This document shows, in pieces, positions 10,245 to 21,637 of a DNA stretch of 64,000 bases (the first letter of the stretch is position 1; every line of letters starts with the position of its first letter). This DNA is from Phallusia mammillata (taxonomy: Eukaryota): positions 22,320,001 to 22,384,000 of the forward strand of contig OZ281497.1 in NCBI GenBank assembly GCA_965637545.1, given 5' to 3'. The translations under genes and the position numbers were made by a program. The notes under the pieces are model-generated. The model was not told where the DNA came from. It saw only the letters and a program-made list of their open reading frames with translations, and made no database searches.

Positions 10245-12646
10245 CATAGTCTTTACATACCCTAGTCTGAAAGCGCACATACATTAAAAGTGGGAAGCTA
10301 CGCCATCTAGCGGTGGTGTGGCACTTTTGCAGGCTACAATGGAATCGGCATTAAGAAAAGACGCTATCGATGCGTTCTGTTCGATTTTTTTTTACTTGGT
10401 CAGCCTTTAACTCATAAAAACGAAGCGAATAAGTTTTATTTTAAACTATATGTGATAAATTGTGTGTTTCAAACCTTATATGTCGCATAAAACTGAAATA
10501 TTTGACTAAGCAAGTATATCGACCAGGCCCACCTAAGTCTTTTTTACCTTTCTAAAGGTTCCAACATTAATTGTAACAAAAACGTTATTTAAAGTGTACT
10601 CCAATATTAAAAGTTTCTTGCAATACACAATTTAAGTTGGTTTGCTGTTAACTAACCTAAAAAATATTGTCCATTATGAAACAATCGGATTGTCTTTATT
10701 ATCTATAACAATGAACCACATAAACATTTCAAAGCACTTAATAAAAATCGACAGATTGTAAACAAAACGAAATTTTTCAACTGGAAATGAAAATGAGTAA
10801 TAATAGAGGCAATTAAGTACTGCCCAATACCAGGCTGTTAATTGCAATTCATCACAAACAAAAAATGTGAACTTGCTTAAAATTCCACATGGCCAAAACA
10901 AGGGGAGATATGGTGTTGATACAAATGATTGGGCTAAAATTTTTTTAAAGGTTATGTTCTATTATCGCGATCCCAGCAACAACAAGTTCAAGGACAGAAT
11001 TAAGCAAGGCAAAGCATTTATCTGTAGTTTACATTTCAATAAAGATGACATACAATCAACAACAAAACGAAAATGGATCAAGTTTGGTAGACTACCATCC
11101 CAAAATTTACCACAGAAATGCTTCACTAAATCAATTTCTTCCAGAAGAATCATTAAAAAACATGAGTTACCCCTAAAAATAAACATCAACTATGAATCAC
11201 TTGAGAATTTAAGAATCAGCCTTTAGAGCTGGTGCAAAAAATCGATTAGGAATTTAAAAAAGGCATAATGAATGATCAATCTATATACTGTTCTTTCTTA
11301 AGTGGAACCTGTCGAACAACTGTTTTTATGGGAGTCCCCGGTATCAAATTGTTGTTAATGAAGATCTCCAGTTTCTTTGCTTTATTGAAGGCATTCCTCT
11401 TCCAACCAACCATGATTTTTATTTAAATACACTCACAGGTCCAAATGCCACCAATATTCAATTTTTTTTCTAAAGTCCCTTGAAACATATTGCTTGTGTC
11501 CCGGATATAAAGAAGTTTCAAAACCTTCAGAGTGGGTTTCAGTTACCAAGTATAAACAAAGTTTTGGTCAATTTCCAGAAGTTGTTAACAGGTAAGGTCA
11601 TCTACAAAAAAATATTTTTACCATTTCCTTCTGTAATACACAAATATTTAAACATTTAACTAATATTCTGACATAGGTTCATGGCACATGACTTCAATAT
11701 TGCTGTGAAAAACAAGATGTTTAAATTGTTTAAACCTTGAGCTCAATGAGGCAAGGGCCATGGAAAGAATGGAAACATTTAAAAAATCAGTTTAGTCATT
11801 AAAAGGAAAGCATCGATGTAATGCAGAAAAACTGAAGATTCCACTTATTAAAAAAAATATACAAAAAAAATTGTTAAAACTGTAAAGGCTAATGAGATTT
11901 TTTCTTTTGAAAATGAAAAATTGGCAAGTGTTTCAATGTATAGATATGTACGAATGACAGCATATTTCAACTCTCACAGATGTATCAGAGAATATCGGGA
12001 AAAAATACAAAAAACTAAGGATTTCAAAAAGCCTTTGAAAACAAAAATACATGGTAGAAGAGTGTTTTAATGTTGTTTCTTGTCTCTCTGTAAGCCTTGC
12101 TTTACAATGTGTGTTTGTACATAATTTATTATTAAAACATTTAAAATACTTACTGCAATAACTAGTTATTCTTGTGGAGTTTAAGTGCACAGATAAAAAA
12201 CAAGTTACTTTTTGACAGTTTAACACAGAAACAAACTTTGTAGTTTCAAATGTGTCTAATATACTTTAATACAATACCAACCGTTTTTACTGAATGGTCC
12301 ATTTTGACTCTCACAGATAAGTTACTTTATTCAAAAAGTAAACGGTACATACAACGCGTTATGTTTAGCAAACTAAATTGGCAAAATCTCTCAGAAAGAT
12401 TGCTAGCTACTGGCGAAGGGAGATGTTCCTAGTCAAATGAAGGTGCATTACAATTTTACAGAAAAAAACTAATACAATAAAAAAATTACCAAATATCTCA
12501 CTTAAAACCCGCTAACCACGCGTTTTCTCCATACCGATTCCATTGTAGCTTGCAAAAGTGCCACACCACCGCTAGATGGCGTAGCTTCCCACTTTTAATG
12601 CTGTTTTTGCCATTGCGCTTTCAGACTAGGGTATGTAAAGACTATG
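10245..12646. mobile_element. THAP-domain DNA transposon relic (P or Kolobok superfamily) with nested terminal inverted repeats
   Basis: Outer 33-bp TIR CATAGTCTTTACATACCCTAGTCTGAAAGCGCA flanked by the direct repeat ATTTAAC. Inner ~61-bp TIR AAGTGGGAAGCTACGCC... (10288 and 12594) flanked by TTAA on both sides. Contains a THAP-like ORF. Confidence 0.8.
10867..11510 (+). pseudogene. Degenerate THAP-domain transposase fragment
   Basis: ORF 10867-11226 contains FICSLHF..D.....KRKWIKFGRLPSQNLP, resembling the THAP C-terminal signature. A broken continuation (EGIPLPTNHDFY...LETYCLCPG) follows. Confidence 0.6.
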
Positions 12647-12753
12647 ATTTAACATATTTTATGTAGGCATTTAAGTAGCAATATTAAATCAGCGAGTGCT
12701 ATAGACACCAAAATTTAAATTATAAAATCAGTAAGCGCTTTTAGACACAAGAT

Positions 12754-12850
12754 TTTATTGCTCAATATTTGTAGTTTTTTGAAGACCGGTCCGCGATAAA
12801 ATTTTAGTTTCAAAAACGGTCCGCAGTAGAAAAAAGGTTGCCGACCTCTG
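12754..12850. mobile_element. 3' fragment of the hAT-type MITE also seen at 17301 and 63488
   Basis: Shares the sequence tttgtagttttttgaag..ccggtccgcgata...aaaaaggttgccgacc(t/c)ctg. Confidence 0.6.
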
Positions 12851-12913
12851 GTATAGCCTACCGCAGGTAAAAACGCCTTTTTGGTGTGGAAAAGCTGGGA
12901 CTACCATTTAGAT

Positions 12914-13444
12914 CAGGGGTCACCAAACTTTTTTCATTGCGGGCCGGATAAGTTTAATACTAATTCGCGCAGGCCGCACACATTACATACCCTAGCGCCG
13001 TCTTTCCGAACTTAGCCCGTGAGGCGATTTTTGTAAGAGCGCCAAGATATGGTCTTTCATCTTTCTACAATCCCATTTAAAATCTGGTGATGTGACTGTT
13101 AAATTATACAGTTAGTCGCATATTACCAGCAATGCTTGTATATTACGTCACAAGTGACAAAAGAAGGCAATTGTTTGTGCACAATTAACACTTATAGTCT
13201 TGTCTGTGACGTAACAAACCGGATCAATTTCTTTTTGGATCAATTCTTGGCGCTGAAATCCTAAGAAATTATGTAATAAAAATTGTATGTATCGCGAAAG
13301 GCTAACTTTCGTACGAAGTAGATAAATTTTCAAATGTTACAAGTTATCGATACGATTTGTCAAACCAAAAAATGTGGTCGCGGGCCGGATGAAATGACCT
13401 CGAGGGCCGGATCCGGCCCGCGGGCCGTAGTTTGGTGACCTCTG
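12914..13444. mobile_element. hAT-type MITE, ~530 bp
   Basis: TIR CAGGGGTCACCAAACT / AGTTTGGTGACCTCTG with a perfect 8-bp TSD ATTTAGAT. Confidence 0.9.
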
Positions 13445-14818
13445 ATTTAGATAATACGACGATTTTTTGAAGGGGTTTACCATTGGATAAAACGACTCCA
13501 AACTTTTGAAAGAGGAACCTAATTGAGAGCCACAACGAGGGTTTTTGAAGGTTGCTGTAGTAATTCTTGGCCACAGTCACCAATTGCAATTGCACTTTAT
13601 AACCCTTTTTCTGTAAAATCGTGCCACCAATGCAGCCAGCTACCCCCAAATAGTAAGTTATAAATGACATTCTTGTTCCACTTTGTTTACTATAGGTTTG
13701 TTGTGTTAATTACCAACTGTAGAAATCAAGCATTGTGCCAATTCTACCCTTCAGTCTGTTGAATAAGAGCGGTCAGTCAGGAAACGATTTTTGACCTCCA
13801 GTAAACCAAATAGAACGTATCACAACCACAAAACAGTCTAATAAATCCAACTAACAGCACATAAAATTATCCACTATAAGTCAATAACACAATTTGGTAT
13901 ACACTGAACACTGACTCAGATAACGCTGCAACAGAAAGTACACTACACGTGTTGAAACAAAGAAAACTGTAGTTTTGTCGTAACAATTAAAGTTTGGCAA
14001 AACTGTCCAACGGCGGGAAAAGTTTTTCTTACCAATGGTTTTTGTCAACTGTTCATTTTCTCATAATTAACGTTCTATTGCAATAACGATCTACGCTTAT
14101 CGTTTTGATCAACAAAATTACAAGCTTTTTCCACCAAAAAGGGGTTTTCTAACACAAGCAAATATAAGTGCAACCACCAACTAACATTTTGGATGTTACT
14201 TAATAGATGTGCGCCATAGTTTGTGGAAATGTTAACAATTGTTCATACGTGCGTCGGTTTATACATTAAGAACGCAGCCCATGCCTTTAATTTATATCAA
14301 GTTCGCTTTAGTTTTACTTTGTCATACAAAATAAACTGTTTAATTGAGCTATTTAGTAGTTTAGGTTTTAAGAAGGATAAACAAATGCAAAGAAATACCA
14401 CAAAGTAAAATTGTTCAATGAAGAGTATCAGGAGGTTTCTGCTTGATTAGCACGCGAAGAAGGAATGTGGTTGGTTACACGCACCAACAATTTGTGTGCT
14501 ATAACAAAATACTCTACGACTAACAACAGAGGTGTAACCACTGCAACATCAAAAAGAAAGTAAACTTGTTACCGATATCGCTACAGAATTAAGGATAAAA
14601 ATTACCTCCCTTTTACAAGTGGTAAACAAGGCGAATTAAACTCGCCCGTTCCGTTGTTAAGATGTGTACAAAATTTTGCAGGTTCTTTTCGTTAAACAAA
14701 ATGCAAAAAAATGCACGATGGTATTTCTCACTTAACGAATACTCAACAGAAAAGTACTGAAGGGCAAAAGTATAGTTGCATGGTGAACGCGCAACACCGG
14801 GCCAACACGACGTTCGTT

Positions 14819-17759
14819 TTATGCAGTCACCATAGATCTTCTCCAGTTTTCATCATTTGTGCTGTACGATACAAAACGTACATTTGATTTACCGAACTCC
14901 CCACCTAACACAAGGGCAAATTGCAAAAGCGTCAATCTAGCTGTTTTGTCAATAGCCAACCCTGAAATATAGGGGAAGCTCAGGCCACGCTTTAGCACAC
15001 CAGTTTCAATAGAGACCTTTTCAGCATCATAGTAGAGATATGTATCGTCGTCGTTTATCGGTAAGTTATCGTTCCGAAGTGTAAATATTACAGATTTGGG
15101 AGAACCCAAGTTAACATTCATCACCGGAACTGGAATTTGTTGAATTCTTGATGATCCAGTAAAGGTTCTAAAAATCGCACGGTTAGCTTCGAACCAATCG
15201 CTTGGTACACGATTTCCCTTTAAATCAACTTTCTCTGTGACACCCGTTATATTTGTGTCAGTTGTCGGATTGACTGTCGTGTGCCATAAAAATCCCTTCT
15301 CAAAGCTTCCGTCAAGAGAGTAAAGCATCTGATTACCGAATGGAAAACTGTTTGATTTGCTTGTCATTGCCAAGAATCCAAAACAGTGCTCGGACACTCG
15401 ACCAACTAAAAATTAGTAAAAAATATAGTTCGTAAGCAGATTTTGTTTCTGGTGGATGTGTTGATGAGACCTTTGCGTAACAAACACGGACATAACTTTC
15501 AGCTTAAATGATAAGAGAAATATAAACCTCGGTTGTCGTTGTTGACAGAGAGCCTGGATTGGTGTTGTTGTATTGCGTTGTGAACAGAGCACTCTTCAAA
15601 TGGAGCTGTGAAAGATGAAAGTTCTGCCATGTTGTATCCATCAGGCTGATAAGGTACACACTCCTTTGGTTGGTTTTGTTCTATGTCTGGATCTTGATTG
15701 GTATTGAGGTCCATGATATCCATACATCTCTTCTCTATAAAATCAACCACTGCCAAAAAAAAACACATCTTAGCGTTAATTTGCTCAAAAAAACTTAACA
15801 GATTCCCACACGTGCTACCAAGTGACTAACCCTTATTGGCTGTCCAGCGTTTGTTTGAATCTACATCCAAACATGATTGCATGATTTGATGCAAAATGTC
15901 AAATATACATTGCTGCTCTTTTGAGGACATTTTTTGTTTGATTTCATCAAGTCCTTGATGGGGTTTCGTTCCGTTTTGTTTTAAAACAAACAAAACTTGC
16001 TGAGGGACGTTGTGTTCTGAGAATGGGGTTATCCCTGTGATGATCTCATAGATGACAATAGCAAAGCTGAACACCAAAAACAAATAAGCAGTAGTTAACA
16101 TTTGTACAGTATATGTATTAATAAACTTTTATACCTGTACATATCGCCAAGTAGAGTGATGTTTTCCGTTTCTGGAGCTGCATATAATATCGTGTATTGG
16201 CTGTTGGAAGGAACTTCAGATGTGCTTGTACTAAGACCAGTTGCACGAATAATATTGGCTGCACCAAAATCAGCTAGTTTTACTACTAACTCTCGGGTCA
16301 CAATTATGTTGTCTGGTTTGACATCTCCATGACGAAGTCCATGTCCTGGTTGGTAGCTGTGCAAATACTTCAAAGCCAAAGCGAGCTGGTAAACCACTCT
16401 CATGCGATTATCCCAAGACATTTCATCGTCGCGCAAGCATTGTTTTAGAGTCTTTCCATCTACGTATTCCATTATAATGGCCACATTGGTACCCCATTTG
16501 GTCCATCCAAACACTTTAACTATGTTTTTATGTTTGACACGAACCATCGAGTTTATCTCGGTCAGAAAGCTACAAAAACGATATGTCATAAACAGGTGTG
16601 CATGAAGCATTAAAAAATTGAAATCCAATAGCAATACCTGTTTACCTGAAGATGAATAAAAATCAAAGTACAATAATCCCTACAGTTATAATCGGCTCAG
16701 ATTTTTTGGTTCGGGCTTTAGTTTACATAGGATCAGTGTCGGATTAAGAGTCTGCTGGCCTGTTGGTACATTTTATAAGTGGCCCGAAAATCAGGGTTGT
16801 AACTAAAAAAGAGAATTAGAATTATCAGATTTTTACTGATTTTAAAGTGGCCTGGATTTTTGACTGGCCTGTAGGCACGTGCCTACTTTGCCTAATGGTT
16901 AATCCAGCACTACATAGGCTATAACGGGCCTTTTCGGGCCTGACGACACTTCACCTTTTACCAACTTCTAGGCCTAACCCTGGATTAGTTTCGAGATTTT
17001 ACTCTCGGGCTCAGGCCGCAATTTCGAGACCACTGTAAACCAGCAACAAATTTTTGTGCAAATACTCATTCAAAATAGAATCGAATTCATCTCCTCCAAA
17101 GTATATGCTGTAACATTTTGCAGCCACGACTTGATTGGATCCTTTGATTAAACATTTTCGAATCGCAGCGTTTTTTCCTTTTCCGATCAAATAATCTTGG
17201 TTGCAAGTGGTCACAAAGTCACTTGCTTCAAAAAGTTTTGCTCTTTGCGAAATGCCGGTTATACTCTCCTGTAGCAACACAAAAGTTATGATTTATAGTC
17301 CATTGGTCGGCAACCGTCGGCCCAGGAGTTTGCTACCGGGCCGTCTACTTTTCAGGTGACATGCATTAAAACATTTTCCCCATGTATTCTGGGAATGATA
17401 TACTAATTAAGGCATTTTCATTGCTGAACATTTGTAGTTTTTTTGAAGGCCGGTCCGCGATATAATTTGAGTTTAAAAAACCATCCGCAGTACAAAAAAG
17501 GTTGCCGACCCCTGATTTAGACAATATAGTAACATTAAAAATTATATAAAATCAACACAGTGCAGTATATCGAACATAACAGGTGCTCTCGTCTCATCTA
17601 AATGGGAGAACGGATCTTTTTGTTTGCCGACATTTTGAACGTGACGTAAAACACTGTAGGCTATAGGTGGCTAATGTTTGCTTTTATTCCAAAAGGCCCT
17701 TACTTAAACTGAGACTTCAAACGTATTAAAATACTAATGTGACTTACTTCCATTTCCAT
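14819..17759 (-). CDS. TKL kinase type A, copy A2 (apparently intact). Exons 17759-17748, 17268-17066, 16569-16135, 16066-15831, 15749-15528, 15405-14819
   Basis: Starts MEME|ESITGISQRAK; motifs IGKGKNA, VAAK, HGDVKPDN, DFG, YAAPE, DMYSFA; 192-aa C-terminal ORF. All junctions are GT-AG and in frame. Confidence 0.85.
16734..16912. mobile_element. hAT-type MITE in A2 intron 2
   Basis: TIR CAGTGTCGGATTAA / TTAATCCAGCACTA; near-TSD CATAGGAT / CATAGGCT; absent at the equivalent site of A4. Confidence 0.7.
17301..17514. mobile_element. hAT-type MITE (GGTCGGCAACC family) in A2 intron 1
   Basis: TIR CATTGGTCGGCAACC / GGTTGCCGACCCCTG; right flank ATTTAGAC; paralogous to 63488-63678. Confidence 0.75.
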
Positions 17760-18669
17760 AGTATTCTTGCAAAATATACCAGTGGAAAAGCAAATATCTA
17801 AATATTTAAAAACATTTAACTGAAACACTGTTGTCTATATTCCACTACCCAAAAATGCAATATTTCAAAATAATACAGGTGGTCCAAGCTTAGCTAATAT
17901 AAGTTAATGTTTTAAAAGTCCTTTATGTTGTCTAATATTTAAATCATTTCTGTCCCAAACGTAAACACTCCAACGTTTAAAATGCTTTTTGCCCAAATGG
18001 GTAATGCGCGCCATCCAGGTCTCGTTTTTTTCCTTTCCCTTCTCTCTTTTCCCCCTCTTTTTACCCACTTTCCCCAGGGACGAGAATAACGTTTCCCAGC
18101 TTTTGAAAGTACACGGCGCCATTATTCGTTGTTAAAATGAGACACGGTGTTTATTCATCCATGACTTTTTCACGCTTGAAAGTAAGTTGTGTAATATCCA
18201 ATTTCGTTGTTCACGTAAATGATCAAGAACATTCTGAAGATTATATATTTCTCTAATGTTTTCAACGGTACGTTTTCTTAAAAGAAATGATTTTGTTCAA
18301 ATGTTTCAAAACAAAAGCCTCATTTCTTTCTTTTTTTGCAACAACAATAGATCAAAACAATTTCCCGGTAATCCGGCTTTGTGCCATTACCCAACTTTGA
18401 AATACAATGCTCTACTTTGCAGGATAGTTACGAGATTATGCAAGTGTATGCAGTTTAAACGCTTTACGGCACGTTTACCACGTTTTAATTAAACTATACT
18501 GCGCGGTGGCACCTTACACTTTTCCAAAGAAATCTCCGTTTTGATACACAAGGATGCATATTTTATTACAAATAATCATACAAAACAAAAACAATTTGCA
18601 ACGAAGGTTGCTATTTTTCGTTGTTGGTCGTTAACGCATTCAACGTGAAACCAACAACGCACATGAAAG

Positions 18670-20221
18670 TCAAACCACGATCTGCTTGTAAGGGCGAAGA
18701 AACTTATCCAATCCTACGCGATTCGACACCTGACTAGGTTCAGGAATCTCAAACGTGGCCGTCTCATTGGTTTCCATTTCGTCACCTGATTCTTGCGCAA
18801 TGATGCGTCGAACTTCTTCTTTCACTGTAAAAGACAGAACACATTTTATGTTGACCAAAATTCGTCACTACAAATAAATGAAAGCGTGTACATATGGAGT
18901 TTAAATGGAAATCTTAAGCCTTACTATGATTTAATAACAAACGACAGATTCTTTGGGAAACATATACCGTTTATAATCTTAGAACGATTGCTTGGTTTCT
19001 GCGACCAGCAGGATACAACTATTGATTTCATCGGATCATTATCATCAATACGGGAAACATCTGGTCGTCGTCCATCTTGAATAGCGCGAATTATTGCCAA
19101 ATTGTCCATTCCAGAAAATTCATCACTAGCCAGTCTTTTCGTGATAATTTCATATGCCACAACGGCAAAACTGCAAATGATTTAAAGAAGCGTACAGTTT
19201 TTGCAATAGATTAATTACGTATTTCTATGAAAAAATCTTTTTTAAACTTTCAGGTGTGTTGATGTGGCTAAAACTGTTTGGTTTGAAAAACTATTTGCTG
19301 TTTATAAGTATCAGCTCACCTGTATATATCCCTTGTTTGGTCATTATATCCTTCCCCATTTAAAATTTCAGGCGCAGAGTACAGAAGAGTGTGAACCGTG
19401 GATATATCCAGCGTCAAACTTGATGACTGGCATCCAGTTGCTGCTCTAACATTGGCGGCACCAAAGTCAGCAAGCTTCAAGACAAATTGTGGTGTGATTA
19501 AAATATTGCTTGCTTTTATATCACCGTGAGTAAATTTCTTTTGGGAATCGAAGGTGTGCAAGTAGCTAATAGCGTCTGATAGTTGATGTATCAACTTCAA
19601 GCTAATACTTCTTGAAAATCGAATTTGTTGGTCTTCGATCAAATTTGCCAAGTTTTTTCCACCGACGTACTCAAGTATGAGTCCGACGTTGCTGTTCCAT
19701 TTTGTAACGGCGCATACCTCTACGATGTTTGGGTGGTTTAGCCTTGCTAATACATGTGCTTCAGTCTTAAACCTAACAATACAAACAAAAGCATCGACCG
19801 ACCATAACGAAAAAAACACGGTTGTTGTTATATTTTATTAAGTTACATCGTATTTTTGTAGGTTGAATTTGTGACATAATTTTTAGCAAGCATAAAATCT
19901 GCAAGAAATTGTTACTTACGACTTCCAGCTAGAAATCATATCTTCGGGGGTGCCAGTCAGTTCAGTACACTTCACAGCAACATCTCCCAACCTGGCGTGA
20001 TAGCAGCGACGCACAGCACCAAAACTCCCAGACCCAATGTAATCCAGTTTATTATGACTGGTTTTCAAATCGTTTGCCGGCAACTCCGACAATTCATGAG
20101 GCAACTCGCTCATCTGTAAATCAACAAAACTTATCTGTTTGCATTATATTGGATTTTAAATAGAGTAAATTATTCTCACCAAGCACTTTTCCATTTCCAA
20201 TTGGGTTTGCGCTGACGCCAT
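18670..20221 (-). CDS. TKL kinase type B, copy B2 (apparently intact). Exons 20221-20180, 20113-19920, 19772-19320, 19170-18968, 18824-18670
   Basis: Starts MASAQTQLEMEKCL|MSELP; motifs IGSGSFGAV, VAVK, HGDIKASN, DFG, YSAPE, CWSQKPSNRS; tail RVGLDKFLRPYK. Confidence 0.85.
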
Positions 20222-20812
20222 TTTCACTGTCGCAATTTTGTGACGCTTTGTCTGGCCTTTTGTCTACAAAGTAACCTGAAGCCGATGTGGTTTTGCAACT
20301 ATTGGAGTGCAATACAGTACCTTGGAAATATAAACTTCGTGACAAGTAACTCTATTTTTACCGAGTCTTGTATATTTGAAAATTGAAATTGCGTTTGTAT
20401 CAATATTATTGTAGCCTATCACTGGGCATAATTGTAAAATGAGGATTTAAATTCTTGTGTGTTTAAAACCCTACAGGTGTGGAACATGTATTTCGAGGGT
20501 TACGCTTTAGTGGTCATGTATATAACGTTGCCTTGTTACCTGTAGAACTGGCAAAGCCTAAATTAAACTGATTCATAAAGCACTGTGAATATTTCTGTAC
20601 CTACAGTTGAATGATTTGGTAATGAGTTATATAAATCTATATTTTTAAATGTTTAATTAAACCTAAGATTCAAAAGTTTGATTTTTGCAGGCCTTATTTA
20701 TTTGTAAAGATTGTTGTTTTTCTGTTGACTGTTTTGTGACTTCAGTTTCAACTCTGCTTGAATTGAATGATAAAAGTTTGTTGGACTGTAACGACAAATT
20801 GATGTAAAAGCA
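20222..20812. promoter_or_regulatory. Putative bidirectional promoter between B2 and C1
   Basis: About 590 bp separate the divergent ATGs; homologous intervals occur at 39154-39772 and 55624-56453. Inferred from gene layout only. Confidence 0.5.
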
Positions 20813-21637
20813 ATGCAAACTGATGTAAGTTTACAAACTTCGCCTATTTTTTACGTCTTGTGTGAAATGTGTGTATGGCAACCGCAATGAATTAATAAAA
20901 TAAGAAAAGATGCTTAATATGTTACCTATGCAAGCTTTTAACTGTTGTCATAACTGTGCTCATAAATAAGATGTTGTATAGTAAAGATGTTTGCTGGTTA
21001 CAATTCGACGCACACAAAAAACGATAGTACTAATTAATTCAACCCTTTTCCAACCGGAGTATATATTGTTTCATAAATATATTTAACGTGGACCGCAAAT
21101 TGCTTGAGAAAATCGTGTGGGGACCGTTATGACACAACATACAAAAGTTTGAGAACAACTGTACCAAAAAATCTCGCTAATCTAGAGTAGAGGTTCTCGA
21201 ATGTTTTTCAATAGGACCCAAGTATTTTAAAAATCTAATTTTATGACTGTTTTCGACCCATAGATATATGCAGTTTTATTTCCAACAGAAATAGGCGTGT
21301 CAAAACAATTTTCATGTAACCCAGGTTAGGGTCGCGATTAATACTTTGAGAAACACTGGTCCAGAGGACTGTATCTACTAGGTGTTGCATGTTGTAATTG
21401 ATGGCTGTTCATGTTGTAAAATTGGTTTAGGCCGATTTGCTGGGAGTTTCGCAAAGAGTACCCAAGATTTCAGCTGATAAGTTGGTTACTAGTTGGAATT
21501 CAAAAGATTTTCTCGGTAAAGGTGGTTATGCTTGTGTGCGAAGGTGCGAGTACAACAACGATTTTTGTGCTGCAAAGTGCTACAGCCTTACATTTACCAG
21601 TGATGAATTGCAAACTAAAACTAATGGGTAAACTGAC

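Noticed and set aside
17760-18669. B-to-A operon resolved by SL trans-splicing
   Set aside because: The gap is 0.55-0.9 kb and the candidate acceptor upstream of A2 is not clearly conserved in A1; this cannot be supported without transcript data.
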